From IMG/VR virus record IMGVR_UViG_3300042868_005134, positions 1-64,000 of that record: a DNA stretch of 64,000 nucleotides; one strand, 5' to 3'. Under the pieces are notes generated by a model. It did no database searches, was not told the DNA's origin, and saw nothing but the letters and a program-made list of their open reading frames with translations. Positions 47,201-64,000 of the stretch are shown piece by piece. A program made the position numbers and the translations under genes. Position 1 is the stretch's first letter; every line of letters starts with the position of its first letter.

Positions 47201-47724
47201 GTTGTGCTGTTAATTACAGAATCAACAACAACTGTGGAACTAAATCTGCCGGTTCCTGGTGCAGATGTTATAATTTTACCATTCGATAATGATCTAGTAG
47301 TAGATAAATCTGAAAGATTGAAAGTCCATACATTTGCACCGTAGCTGGTAACCGACGTAGTTACAGCGCCGATAGTTCCGTTACCATATCCAGAGCTTGC
47401 TAGTACAGGCTGAACAACAGTACCAGTTGTGAAAAGTTTAGTCGGATTACTGTTAGCAACACTGACTGGTGTATTAAACTTGTTAGTATTAAATATGTTG
47501 TCAGTGCGAAATATCGTCGATGGCATAGCAAGACGAGTTGCTTGCTGAATGACAGTGACGGGTATTACTGGCCTGGGATATACGAATCCCAGTGCAGGTC
47601 TGTTTCCAAACTCTTTAGTCCAAGGCGGATAATACTGCCTTAGTTCTAAAGGACGTACTGTACTTTGAACTACAACAGATATCGACGGAACGTCAACATA
47701 ATTAAAGTTGCGTACAGATGGCAT
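44281..47724 (-). CDS. Virion fibre/adhesin with Gly-rich and LamG (concanavalin-like) domains
   Basis: FTTPGTYTWTAP..VVAVGGGGGG Gly-rich domain; FDGSGDYL..DFTVEAWVY..WYHLAYVR..NISNLRVVKG. Confidence 0.75.
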   Translation of the reverse strand: MPSVRNFNYVDVPSISVVVQSTVRPLELRQYYPPWTKEFGNRPALGFVYPRPVIPVTVIQQATRLAMPSTIFRTDNIFNTNKFNTPVSVANSNPTKLFTTGTVVQPVLASSGYGNGTIGAVTTSVTSYGANVWTFNLSDLSTTRSLSNGKIITSAPGTGRFSSTVVVDSVINSTTISCIASGPTAPVQGIVRTVQDSGRLFELGISSVTAISATEWRLTISGIFDSSVFLIGDAISVVTGSGNLGNLGTGNTVYVISLPNTNQITCTAINGSASPTVGKISSLSKTGTNIPFTPNGENEFTTPGTYTWTAPTGVGLVSVVAVGGGGGGGYQWSSGGGGGGGLGWKNNITVTPGQTYTVVVGVGGTSNTNATSAGSEGGNSYFISLATVAGYGGGRGGTGATAASNGYGGGYTGDGGGRGGNGGYDGGWYRGGGGAGGYSGNGADSGTSSGTAAPTGSGAGAAAGYYSSTYGVPAGGGVGIYGRGADGAARGQFLGGGGGSGGANGTGGEGSGQSGYRIINGGAFGGGGGGSGTSYGGGFGGGGAVRIVWGPGKAFPTTNVSSTGSQSQEAVVVWYDSTIVSVPSLLTTPIVSKQLFRQNAISSIKTVITDSTIEPNLPARIFNSITTVNNTIVVSNGARTTTTGISSRIPILGTNNGVNYSDTVTNNSSTARATVARFPNTGDFSLVGPYQNSFSTYFDGSGDYLQINGNVVMDFGSTDFTVEAWVYLNALPTSDAWPTSYSLHMMLATVGTFNAGDGIGFIIGQTKLLIQNNDTQYAGTAHGMAVNTWYHLAYVRNGNTFYFYVNGVAKGSAAFSGSVGTGANTFIGCETGQGAFLNGNISNLRVVKGTAVYTSAFTPPTSPLTAIAGTSLLTCKPAPIVDQSSNSFTITKFGEVKNSELNPFSSTTLGRQGHSVTQVSILGVTDFNQTAVPLSTISKSVTINNSLALETIIPALVYNPVGSPNSAVQTIYSNRFARQTNDNIGNEATEPVLVYIRDTVINGSNKPKWIITNSVNNGYTPNSVVVTVNANKIPNSYVRPSLSNAFSITTANKPNVLSRHVSSFSNLATTATIFGQSLLESFPLEPITKTVITDSIVASQIRTTLTASQGVNSGLSRSFTLAPYGTAGALVIGEGGLLVSAQVEYWN

Positions 47725-47736
47725 TTATCCGCCTGT

Positions 47737-49470
47737 TTAAATGTCAATGCTAGCAATAATATTGTTAATACCGCCGCCTGTTATTGTTAAGTTTACAGTA
47801 GTAGTTGCGCTAGCACTGGTAGTAACCACTATGTTTTTAGTGCCGGTGCTGGCAAAAATCATACTTCCGCCGTCAATAGCAAGATTGATAGGTGCTGCCA
47901 ATCTTAGTCCATCGGCTCCGTAAGCATCTACTGTACAACTGGTTGAAATATTTGAACCAGTAAATGTATAACTTTGACTTGCCATAACCACGCTGATAGT
48001 AATAGGTAACGTAGGAGTTATCATGTGTAAAGTATTATTTCCCTTTTCTTTACTAATACCCCAAATTCTATTAGTTTGATCTAATCCTATTGTTCTAAAC
48101 TCATACGGATATGTACCAGTGGGCGACCACCCTGTGCTAGTGTTGAAACTAAAGAATCGCATTTGCAGTGTAACTGGTACTGCTACCTGTGTTCCTTCAG
48201 CATTAATAGGCAAGAAATCCCTAGGAATATCATTGACTGTGGGGAAAGTATAAGAACTGTGATATGTCAATGTATCATCTCCTGTTCCTGTTCCTATAGT
48301 GTAAGTCATCATGGTGCGTTTTAGTGCAGTGCTCCAACGAGTTAATCCGTTATTTACATGAGCATATTTGTCAGTTATCCAGAAAGTTATATAATTTGTT
48401 CCGCTTACTGTGAACTGGTGGCCTTTGCTATGCCAGCTGTAAAAAGAATAAGTGCTGTTATCTTCTGTGGTATATCTTGCAGAATACGTAGAATACGTAT
48501 TTGCGCCAGGATATACCATTGTACAGTTAGTGGCTACGACTGCTCCGTCAGCTGGATTCCATACGTAACGAATCGGCGTTAGATTGTTGCTTGAATCGTA
48601 ATGTCCGCTGTATAAAACTCGTCTAGTGGTAGTGGCCCTTCGAATGTTACTGGGCCAATGTCGAGGACCAGTTGTGCCACTGGCATTTCTCACACTTTGA
48701 TTTATTATTGTCGTCACAGCATGTGTAACAGGGTTTACTTTCCAAAAAGTATATTGACTATAATAGCTTATGCCATCTTGAACGCCGACAAAATGTAGGA
48801 ATCCACCGTCATCCACCCCCAAGAAGAAACCTTGCATTCTAGTGTTGTTTGGTGGAGTAACTTGGGCTACTTTACTCGGAGCAGTTTCATAGTTATTATG
48901 AGCACTAACATAGTGCCCCTCGCCACCACCGCTTTCAAAACACCACATCTTGTTATTACTAACATCTTCGTATATAAAAGCAGTGCCAAAGATATTAGCT
49001 ATGTAATAGCTGGCGCCAGCACCGGAAGTAATATCAGTTGTAGGATACACATAACCGTAAGTAGTACTTACTCCAGTAGTAGATGTGCCAGGAGGTGCCA
49101 TCGGTACAGCATATAAAATTTTATTGTTCACTGTTTTCCAGTGCTTTTTAACCGGATAAAATGCAGGATCCAATGATTGATGATACGGGGCTTGCCAAAA
49201 GTTGTCGTAAAATGTGTCAGGGCTTGGAGCCCAGCATTGTACCACAGCTTTTTCTAAATACATTATTCCCATGTCATTTGTTATACCGGCATCGTACGCT
49301 CTGTCCATAGTATCACTACGGTTAAAGTGAAAGTTTTTTTGAAATAATGGAGCTAAGGTTGTAGTATCATGCCCCACAGTACTTAAAAACAATCGATTGT
49401 TGGATAATACTGGATCTTCGAATAATGTAACAAGGTCATTTCCGATTTTTTTAACGTGTATTTCAGCCAT
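47737..49470 (-). CDS. Probable virion protein (beta-rich)
   Basis: 577 aa, Thr/Tyr/Asn-rich, within the fibre cluster. Confidence 0.6.
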   Translation of the reverse strand: MAEIHVKKIGNDLVTLFEDPVLSNNRLFLSTVGHDTTTLAPLFQKNFHFNRSDTMDRAYDAGITNDMGIMYLEKAVVQCWAPSPDTFYDNFWQAPYHQSLDPAFYPVKKHWKTVNNKILYAVPMAPPGTSTTGVSTTYGYVYPTTDITSGAGASYYIANIFGTAFIYEDVSNNKMWCFESGGGEGHYVSAHNNYETAPSKVAQVTPPNNTRMQGFFLGVDDGGFLHFVGVQDGISYYSQYTFWKVNPVTHAVTTIINQSVRNASGTTGPRHWPSNIRRATTTRRVLYSGHYDSSNNLTPIRYVWNPADGAVVATNCTMVYPGANTYSTYSARYTTEDNSTYSFYSWHSKGHQFTVSGTNYITFWITDKYAHVNNGLTRWSTALKRTMMTYTIGTGTGDDTLTYHSSYTFPTVNDIPRDFLPINAEGTQVAVPVTLQMRFFSFNTSTGWSPTGTYPYEFRTIGLDQTNRIWGISKEKGNNTLHMITPTLPITISVVMASQSYTFTGSNISTSCTVDAYGADGLRLAAPINLAIDGGSMIFASTGTKNIVVTTSASATTTVNLTITGGGINNIIASIDI

Positions 49471-49472
49471 TT

Positions 49473-49676
49473 TTATTCTTCTCCAGTAGATTCAGTAATG
49501 TTAAATTGTTGTTCATAGGGCGCCTTTGCGCTGTCCCACCATGCCAATGCAGCAGCTTCGTTAGGAAATAGTTCCTGTGAACCGTCGCTAGAAGGTTGGA
49601 AAGGTTGATGTATAACATGTTTTTCTTCAAAATAAACATCTAATCTTCCGTTGTCATATAATATTCTAAAACTCAT
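49473..49676 (-). CDS. Small hypothetical protein (fibre chaperone-like position)
   Basis: 67 aa; HQPFQP...ALAWW. Confidence 0.55.
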   Translation of the reverse strand: MSFRILYDNGRLDVYFEEKHVIHQPFQPSSDGSQELFPNEAAALAWWDSAKAPYEQQFNITESTGEE

Positions 49677-49677
49677 T

Positions 49678-51012
49678 TTAAATCCTCGTATAAGTGAACG
49701 TAACTGTTAGATCTGCTCCAGCTATATTGGTTCCTACGCTCAGTATATCTACAGTGACAAATTTATTAATTAAAACTGTCAAGGGCGTAGAAAATACATT
49801 TGAAGCTTTGTCTAAGTTATTTATGTTTAAAGTAGCTACAGCAGTTTTATTCCCAACAGTATCGGTTACATTAACACCTATTTGAATTCCATTAGAAGTG
49901 CCAGTTGGTGCAGTTTCTACCCTAGCAATTATTCCAATTATAGTACTGTCCAGCGGTATATACCATTTTTCACTGCCTACAGAAACTGTAAGAGTTCCTG
50001 TTTTTCTATAATGTCTTTCTAATACCGTAGTGCCACCACTGCCAGAGCCGGAAGATCCAGTAAATCCTTGTATACCTTGATCACCTTTGCTGCCAGTAAA
50101 TCCTGCGGCGCCGTCTGTGCCATCGGAACCCGCTGCACCGCTGCCAGTAAATCCTATATCACCTCGACTGCCAGTAAATCCTGCGCTGCCACGGCTTCCA
50201 GTAAATCCTAGGTCACCCTGTGATCCAGCAAATCCCGCACCTTGACTGCCAGTAAATCCAACTGATCCATTATAACCAGCACTGCCCACAAATCCAGTGT
50301 CTCCTCGATCACCTGTTCTAGCAAATGTAACAACAACAGTCATCCCATCTGTAAACGTTGCTGTACCTGATAGATATGAAACAGGTATATGAAAGTGGTT
50401 AGCTGACGGGATACCTTCTTCAGTGTGTGATCCTGTTATAGCAAATAGGGCAAAATTACTAGGATCTGCTTTTTCTGCTATTGAAAAGTGACCTTTAATC
50501 TGCGAGGTAGAATCATCTATGGTTTGCAGATACGCATAAATTGATTCTCCTAGCTTATCATTAAAATTGATGTAGGCTACTGTGGTGCTTCCAGAAAAAG
50601 TTAACGTATTAAATTCTATTTCTCCGCTGAGAGGATCCGTGCCTGTTATATCAGTGCTATATAAGAACTCAAAGGCTGCTCCGCCGAAACTACCCTGCTC
50701 ACCTTTTGATCCAGTGTAGCCAACATCTCCTTGACTGCCTACAAATCCTGCTAAGCCATCTGAACCAGAAGAACCATCTGACCCAGACGTGCCAGCTGAA
50801 CCAGTAAATCCTTTGAATTCTTCTGCATAATCTGCAATATCAATCCATGTACGACTGCCGTCTAAGTCTCCTTTCAGTATACTGTTGTCAACTGTAGGCA
50901 AACCTAAATCAGGTTCGGCATTACTGATATCTAAATAGTCGTAACGCTCTGCACTAAGATCGGCACCGGTTAGTTTTTTCTTTTTGCCGCTGAGTAGCCG
51001 ATTTTTACTCAT
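49678..51012 (-). CDS. Collagen-like (G-F/Y-T-G-S) fibre protein
   Basis: GFTGS/GFVGS repeats flanking a globular domain. Confidence 0.75.
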   Translation of the reverse strand: MSKNRLLSGKKKKLTGADLSAERYDYLDISNAEPDLGLPTVDNSILKGDLDGSRTWIDIADYAEEFKGFTGSAGTSGSDGSSGSDGLAGFVGSQGDVGYTGSKGEQGSFGGAAFEFLYSTDITGTDPLSGEIEFNTLTFSGSTTVAYINFNDKLGESIYAYLQTIDDSTSQIKGHFSIAEKADPSNFALFAITGSHTEEGIPSANHFHIPVSYLSGTATFTDGMTVVVTFARTGDRGDTGFVGSAGYNGSVGFTGSQGAGFAGSQGDLGFTGSRGSAGFTGSRGDIGFTGSGAAGSDGTDGAAGFTGSKGDQGIQGFTGSSGSGSGGTTVLERHYRKTGTLTVSVGSEKWYIPLDSTIIGIIARVETAPTGTSNGIQIGVNVTDTVGNKTAVATLNINNLDKASNVFSTPLTVLINKFVTVDILSVGTNIAGADLTVTFTYTRI

Positions 51013-51340
51013 TTGAGGTTTCCAATATGCTCAATACTAAGTTTAGTATGGAATTTGCACTGGCCACTGCGCTGACACTGGCGCCCTCTTCTATAACTAG
51101 TTTTCCTGTTGTCATTTCGGCTGCGTCATTTGGAGGTATTTCAAATGCATTGAGCATGACAAAATCTACGTTATTTTTTCTAAGCGTAAATGTAACAGTG
51201 GCAGGCACTGAACCTATGTTACTTGCTTGTGCTCCTAAAACGATGGTGGTAAGTCCTGTAGGAGTTGTATATATAGTTTGATTTGTAGTGGTCAACTCGA
51301 ATGTTTTAGTTTTAAACGTATTTAAAGGCAATGTTGCCAT
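51005..51340 (-). CDS. Small virion protein
   Basis: LPLNTFKT..IYTTPTG..IVLGAQASN..GKLVIEEG..LSILETSNE. Confidence 0.65.
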   Translation of the reverse strand: MATLPLNTFKTKTFELTTTNQTIYTTPTGLTTIVLGAQASNIGSVPATVTFTLRKNNVDFVMLNAFEIPPNDAAEMTTGKLVIEEGASVSAVASANSILNLVLSILETSNE

Positions 51341-51343
51341 ATT

Positions 51344-53593
51344 TTATTCTCCAATCGCTAATATGTAAGGAGTCATAACAGCAAACAAACTTTTTGTAAA
51401 TGTTCTACCTGTAATCGTTCCAGTATTTCTGTTGATCACTAAGTCATCTCCAATTCGGAAGTCGCCTCTTTGATCAGTTCCTGTATAATATATTTTACCT
51501 TGATTGGCAGAAACCACTTGATTTTCAGTTATTGGCACACCACCGAGATACGGTAAAGCAGTATTTACGTTTGTTCCGGCACCTACCCATTCAAAAGTTT
51601 GTCCTGCGGCAGTAATCAAACTGAACTGATGAAAGGTAACAACAGTGTTATCTGCAAGTTGATTTATTACTATTTCTTCTATTGTTATAGTGCTTGAATA
51701 AGCATTGGTTATTAAGTTTGTCACAATGTCAAACAGTTGATTAGTTACTGCTATTTCTTCTGTGCCAGCTGCCGGATTAGCTATGTTTTGCGTTACTGTA
51801 GTATTCAATCTAGTTATTTGCGTATTATTTAAACATGCGGCAGCAACTGTTTTTAAATAGTCAAATGTATCAGATGTGGCTTGTTTTTCTCCGCTGGGCA
51901 ATTGTAACGTTCCTGCACTGTAATATTCATCGGCTGCGTCTACTGTTTGGCTGTTGCCACCATATAACATGTCATATGTGACAGAATCTATAATAAATCC
52001 AATGTCTCTGCGGCATTTTGTACTGTCATAAGTTAAAGAAGGATAGTTTACAGAAACAAATGCGATGCCTTCTTCTATGAAAAAGTTACGGTTTTCTTGT
52101 AATATTGTTTTGGCGTTAACTGCGTTGTTTGTAACACCTGTGGGAGAATTAAACTGATAACTAGGAGTATTATTGACATCATTAATAATACTAACAATCG
52201 TGTTAAAATTAGTCTGTACTCTTGAATATTCTGTACTGCCTTGAGATAATATCGCTAAAACAGCATCTTTAGCAAAATTTATTCCTGCAACAGTTTGTGT
52301 TCTTTGTACAGTAATTACAGTTGAAGCTGTTCCTCTATAATAGCTTATGCCAGCCTGAATGCTTTTATAATTTGTGTTAAGTATCATATCATCAACAACT
52401 GAATCGATGATTAACCCTACATCTCTACTACATTTAAATTGATTAAACTCGAAATTTGGAAACGTTTCATTTAGATAGTCGATTACATCTATTTGAATTT
52501 TACTTTTTGCATCAAGAATAGTTTGCCTAGAATTTCTGATAGTGGCTGATTCAAGATTATATCGAGGATATGTAACAGCAGTATTTCCACTGGTGAACTG
52601 GGTGCTAGTGGCCAATGTATAAAAGGTATTGTCTCCTTCAAATTTAACAGCATCACCTACATTTGGTCTTGTTGTTAAATTATCTATAACAAAAGTTCTT
52701 CCTAACGTTGCACCATTTATTCTTCCGGAATATAAAGTTGAACTCACGCCGTCTGCTTTTAAACCAAAGTTACCAAAACTGCTATTACTGTTGGTTAAAG
52801 AACAGAATCCTCCGCTTTCGCATAGCACAGCCACATCACAACATATAGTAAACACAGAGACTAACTGTGAATTTCCTCTATTAAGGTGATGTATACCAAT
52901 CCCACCTTGGTTAAACTGAGTATAAGCGTCAACAACCATACTTCTTAGGCCACCAACGTGTGCTCCGTCTACCCGCATGCCTGTTCCAGTGGTTGTCATG
53001 CTTGTGCAGTTTTGTACATAAGGGCTTGTGTATATAACACCTGCACTTCCGTCTGGATTGAAAGCAACCGCAGACGACGGAGATTCATGATCCTTAAATG
53101 TCATGTGTGCCAAATATGAACCGTTATTAACATAAAACATATCTTGCGTTTTATTCAATGGTCTTACGGTTACAGTTCTTAAACTGTCTCCAACAACAGC
53201 AACGTTGTCGGGCACAGTCATAGGATTGTTTTCTGTGTAATCTCCACTTTTGACAAATATAGTGGTGCCAGGTGTGGCTGCTTCTAAAGCAGACTTGATA
53301 GTCAACTTGCTGGTATTTAATGAAGATCCGTCGTCAATATCATCACCGCTTTTGCTAACATAAAGCACATTGTCAACTGCGATATTTCCTATACTACCAG
53401 TAAATCCAGTGACACCACTACCAGTATATCCGCGAATACCCCCATACGGAAGTTCATTCCACGTGCCGACTCCATTACCAATCTTGAAAAGATTGGTATC
53501 GATTTCTAAACACATTTCTGCAAGTGCAAGCACAGGATTAACTGTGCTCCACTCTTCAGCTGTGCCTCTTCTTAGTTGAACATTAATAGCCAT
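51344..53593 (-). CDS. Virion structural protein with Mtd-N-like N-terminus
   Basis: QLRRGTAEEWSTVNPVLA..FKIGNG..WNELPY; YVSKSGDD; SPYVQNCTS; KCSRDVG/KCRRDIG repeats. Confidence 0.7.
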   Translation of the reverse strand: MAINVQLRRGTAEEWSTVNPVLALAEMCLEIDTNLFKIGNGVGTWNELPYGGIRGYTGSGVTGFTGSIGNIAVDNVLYVSKSGDDIDDGSSLNTSKLTIKSALEAATPGTTIFVKSGDYTENNPMTVPDNVAVVGDSLRTVTVRPLNKTQDMFYVNNGSYLAHMTFKDHESPSSAVAFNPDGSAGVIYTSPYVQNCTSMTTTGTGMRVDGAHVGGLRSMVVDAYTQFNQGGIGIHHLNRGNSQLVSVFTICCDVAVLCESGGFCSLTNSNSSFGNFGLKADGVSSTLYSGRINGATLGRTFVIDNLTTRPNVGDAVKFEGDNTFYTLATSTQFTSGNTAVTYPRYNLESATIRNSRQTILDAKSKIQIDVIDYLNETFPNFEFNQFKCSRDVGLIIDSVVDDMILNTNYKSIQAGISYYRGTASTVITVQRTQTVAGINFAKDAVLAILSQGSTEYSRVQTNFNTIVSIINDVNNTPSYQFNSPTGVTNNAVNAKTILQENRNFFIEEGIAFVSVNYPSLTYDSTKCRRDIGFIIDSVTYDMLYGGNSQTVDAADEYYSAGTLQLPSGEKQATSDTFDYLKTVAAACLNNTQITRLNTTVTQNIANPAAGTEEIAVTNQLFDIVTNLITNAYSSTITIEEIVINQLADNTVVTFHQFSLITAAGQTFEWVGAGTNVNTALPYLGGVPITENQVVSANQGKIYYTGTDQRGDFRIGDDLVINRNTGTITGRTFTKSLFAVMTPYILAIGE

Positions 53594-53625
53594 ATTTTAT
53601 CAATTCACGTTGTATGCTATATTTA

Positions 53626-61314
<7,689 letters not shown>

Positions 61315-61337
61315 AGTATTGTATTTACCCTATGTTA

Positions 61338-63179
61338 TTATGCTCTTACGGTCAAGTCTAATATGTCAAAATATCCTAACCCGGTATCATAACAAATATA
61401 TATGGCAGCATTGACATCGTCGTAGTAATAATCTCCAGGTTTAAGATCGCTCAGGCTCAGCCCATTGGCTGCATCTGCATTGGTATACATTCTAGGTGCT
61501 GCTGATAGTTGTCCCGACCCGTCTGGGAATATTAGAGTATAACCTGATTGTATAGTGATAGAACTAACGCCATCCGACACTAATCCTTCTACGGCACTAC
61601 CAGTGTAACCTATCGATCCTTCGCTGCCTGTATAGCCATCTCGTCCTATTACACCGTCAGCACCTGCACTACCAGTGTAACCTATCGATCCTTCTGATCC
61701 AGTAAATCCAGTATCACCTTGTGATCCAGCAAAGCCAGCGCCTTGACTACCAGTATAGCCCAAGTCTCCTTGTGATCCAGCAAAGCCAACATCTCCTTGA
61801 CTTCCTGTATATCCATCAAGACCCGCACTACCAGTATAGCCAGTATCACCAAATGATCCAGTGTACCCCACATCTCCTTGTGATCCAGTAAAGCCAGTAT
61901 CACCACGACTACCAGTGTAGCCGGTGTCGCCAAATGATCCAGTATAGCCAACATCTCCTTGACTGCCTGTATAGCCAGTATCACCAAATGATCCAGTAAA
62001 GCCAACATCTCCTTGTGATCCAGTATACCCTACATCTCCTTGACTTCCTGTATAGCCAGTATCACCAAATGATCCAGTATACCCTACATCTCCTTGACTT
62101 CCTGTATAGCCAGTATCACCAAATGATCCAGTATACCCTACATCTCCTTGACTTCCTGTATATCCTTTTGGTCCTACAATATTACCTACATCTGACCAAA
62201 AATTTCCGACCCATACGTTTAAATGTCCGTTATCCAAAGTGATATACCCGTCGCCTGTATCTCCTGTGTAAGATGCCGGGAGGTCTGTATATGTAGCAGT
62301 ACTTCCTACAATTTTTACAGAAGTGCCGTCTACGCCCGCACTACCAGTATAGCCAGTATCACCAAATGATCCAGTGTACCCAACATCTCCTTGTGATCCA
62401 GTATAGCCAGTATCACCTTTTGATCCAGTGTAACCGATATCTCCTTGGTCACCCTGACTACCAGAATACCCCTGACTACCTAGGAATCCTCTAGATCCTG
62501 TATAACCAATTACACCCTGTGGACCTTGCTGCCCCTGACTACCAGTAAAACCTCTAAAACCTTGTTCACCTGAAATACCAGTATCACCTTTTGATCCAGT
62601 GTAACCCAAACTACCTGAATAACCATTACTGCCGGTAAATCCATCTCCTCCCTTACTTCCAACGAAACCAGTACTGCCGGTAAATCCTTCACTGCCTGTA
62701 TAGCCTATGTTGCCTTGGCTACCCGTAAATCCAGTGATACCTCGACTACCAGTAAATCCACTAATAGGTGTCTGAGCTGCACCAATATCAAGCCATTGAG
62801 ATCCGGTCCAAATGTATAGATGTGTATCGTCTATACTGACAAGTGCATCGCCAAGATCACCAACGTAGTTTTGCGGTAAATCGGCTTCGGTATTGACACT
62901 GCCTACTAGTTTAAAAGAACTACCCGATGAAGCATCAACAAATTCTAAAGAATCTTCTGTGGCATTTACTGCTAGAAATTTTCCAGCGGCGCCCAAATAC
63001 GAACTTGGTGTATCTGGAAGTTGAAGAAGAGTAAAAATGGGCAGGCCGCCCGAGGTGACACCGTTACCTAGTCTAAACTCTCCGGTTTCGACATTAAAAA
63101 CTATTTGGCCTTCTTCGGCTACATAATCTTCAAAGTCACTCTTTACTAAACCTGCTTTTATCTTTCGAAAGAATGCCAT
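61338..63179 (-). CDS. Collagen-like fibre protein
   Basis: [18 protein letters not shown] repeats with two small globular modules (GDGYITLDNGHLNVW) shared with the 2562-aa protein. Confidence 0.8.
   Translation of the reverse strand: MAFFRKIKAGLVKSDFEDYVAEEGQIVFNVETGEFRLGNGVTSGGLPIFTLLQLPDTPSSYLGAAGKFLAVNATEDSLEFVDASSGSSFKLVGSVNTEADLPQNYVGDLGDALVSIDDTHLYIWTGSQWLDIGAAQTPISGFTGSRGITGFTGSQGNIGYTGSEGFTGSTGFVGSKGGDGFTGSNGYSGSLGYTGSKGDTGISGEQGFRGFTGSQGQQGPQGVIGYTGSRGFLGSQGYSGSQGDQGDIGYTGSKGDTGYTGSQGDVGYTGSFGDTGYTGSAGVDGTSVKIVGSTATYTDLPASYTGDTGDGYITLDNGHLNVWVGNFWSDVGNIVGPKGYTGSQGDVGYTGSFGDTGYTGSQGDVGYTGSFGDTGYTGSQGDVGYTGSQGDVGFTGSFGDTGYTGSQGDVGYTGSFGDTGYTGSRGDTGFTGSQGDVGYTGSFGDTGYTGSAGLDGYTGSQGDVGFAGSQGDLGYTGSQGAGFAGSQGDTGFTGSEGSIGYTGSAGADGVIGRDGYTGSEGSIGYTGSAVEGLVSDGVSSITIQSGYTLIFPDGSGQLSAAPRMYTNADAANGLSLSDLKPGDYYYDDVNAAIYICYDTGLGYFDILDLTVRA
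62016..62162. repeat. Perfect 54-bp tandem repeat (about 2.7 copies)
   Basis: tgatccagtataccctacatctccttgacttcctgtatagccagtatcaccaaa at 62016, 62070 and 62124 (partial). Confidence 0.85.
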
Positions 63180-63197
63180 TTTCGCTCCTGGCCGTTC

Positions 63198-63467
63198 TTA
63201 TCTAGTAAACGGGCTTCTTAATGGACTTAGTGGAGGTGATGGTTCTGTTTCGTTCTGTGTCAGGTCTTGGATGACCGGACTTAGTTTGCCTACCTGCGCT
63301 TTCTTTAATTCCAACTCCTGTTGTAGTGGACTAACCATTACGGGATTGTCGTCTAATTCTGCTGGATCTGTCGCCTGGTCGGTTCCGGACATGTCTATCT
63401 CAGGATCGCCGTCGCCGTTGATCTTGATAGTGATTGGTACATTAATGGTAAATTCTCTTGCTCTCAT
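63198..63467 (-). CDS. Hypothetical protein
   Basis: MRAREF start; MVSPLQQELELKK motif; TAAATA at 63487-63492. Confidence 0.7.
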   Translation of the reverse strand: MRAREFTINVPITIKINGDGDPEIDMSGTDQATDPAELDDNPVMVSPLQQELELKKAQVGKLSPVIQDLTQNETEPSPPLSPLRSPFTR

Positions 63468-63500
63468 ATGTTTTTCCAGTATTAGATATTTATCGTATAG

Positions 63501-63529
63501 TTGACATGCTCAGTGAAAGACTGTATAAT
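63501..63529 (+). promoter_or_regulatory. Consensus sigma70 promoter, probably giving a leaderless mRNA
   Basis: TTGACA-17 nt-TATAAT; ATG at 63535. Confidence 0.75.
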
Positions 63530-63534
63530 AACTT

Positions 63535-63849
63535 ATGCGAATAAAACCTAACGAAAGTATTGCTGATTGGGCCAAAAGAGTCCAACAATACGAGTACGGC
63601 TACGCACTACAGCAAGTGGCCAAAGGTCAAGATGTAAATTTGGTTATGGAAGCAATGTCTGCTAGGATTGTTCAAAAAATGATACATCCCATGGTAAAAG
63701 CCTTACAAACTGGTACAGAAATTAGTCCTGAAGAGTTTGAAAAACATAAAACTCAGTATAACGAAGCTTATGCCAAACGCAGTCCCGTTGCTGACCACGT
63801 GGTTGATGACTCAGACGAGACTGATCAACTGGGTAACACCAAAGACTAA
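63535..63849 (+). CDS. Stand-alone glutamyl-tRNA reductase (HemA) dimerisation-domain-like protein
   Basis: EYGYALQQVAKGQDVNLVMEAMSARIVQKMIHPMVKALQ resembles the HemA C-terminal A...L..G.D...V......L..K..H.P..AL. Confidence 0.6.
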   Translation: MRIKPNESIADWAKRVQQYEYGYALQQVAKGQDVNLVMEAMSARIVQKMIHPMVKALQTGTEISPEEFEKHKTQYNEAYAKRSPVADHVVDDSDETDQLGNTKD

Positions 63850-64000
63850 CATCTGCTTAGATTCCAAGCTATCTGCTTCTGCTTCCAAAGCGTCAGTTCT
63901 AACCAAGTCTTCCAGTATGGCTCGATATTCATCTGTGCTCACTTGTCCTGCTTGGTGTGCCGCTACTAATTGTAACGCATACTGAGCACGTTGGGCAGCA
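63811..64000 (-). CDS. C-terminal part of a hypothetical protein (truncated by window)
   Basis: AAQRAQYALQLVAAHQAGQVSTDEYRAILEDLVRTD...LISLV*; not in track. Confidence 0.6.
   Translation of the reverse strand, partial: AAQRAQYALQLVAAHQAGQVSTDEYRAILEDLVRTDALEAEADSLESKQMLVFGVTQLISLV

Noticed and set aside
51344-53593. Diversity-generating retroelement suggested by the Mtd-like N-terminus
   Set aside because: Only the N-terminal structural module is similar; no reverse transcriptase or TR/VR pair seen in the window

Overview
This window is best read as a 64-kb segment of a large lytic myovirus (T4-like/jumbo-phage style). Genes are densely packed and almost all on the minus strand. Intergenic TAAATA late-promoter-like motifs recur, and there is a PAAR spike, class Ia RNR, and large fibre proteins. 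Host-like genes (Bug/TctC, iscU/iscA, dnaK, a DUF3563-like peptide) suggest a proteobacterial, probably Burkholderiales, host; this is inference. From left to right: (1) a curli/type VIII secretion operon (csgF, csgG, curlin, FecR-like, plus a secreted protein running off the window); (2) heme oxygenase, a PcyX-like bilin reductase and clpS; (3) hsp20 and dnaK, each with a ROSE-type RNA thermometer hairpin; (4) MazG, a 3'-5' exonuclease and ribosomal protein bS21; (5) lipoproteins and a cell-wall hydrolase; (6) iscA, iscU, Hc1, HAD, PAAR, glutaredoxin, nrdB, aldolase II and nrdA; (7) a block of probable head-internal proteins with T4-CTS-like N-termini, including two nucleotidyltransferases and a KxDG ligase-like protein; (8) a small plus-strand cassette, TctC and a four-domain glycosyltransferase/methyltransferase; (9) about 19 kb of Ig-, LamG- and collagen-like fibre genes; (10) a stand-alone HemA dimerisation-domain-like gene. 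The main leads are the paired RNA thermometers, two or three candidate -1 recoding sites on A9-10 runs, a possible capsid-packaged enzyme cargo, a heme/iron-redirection module, the phage curli system and widespread leaderless genes. All assignments come from motif recognition by eye; no searches were run.
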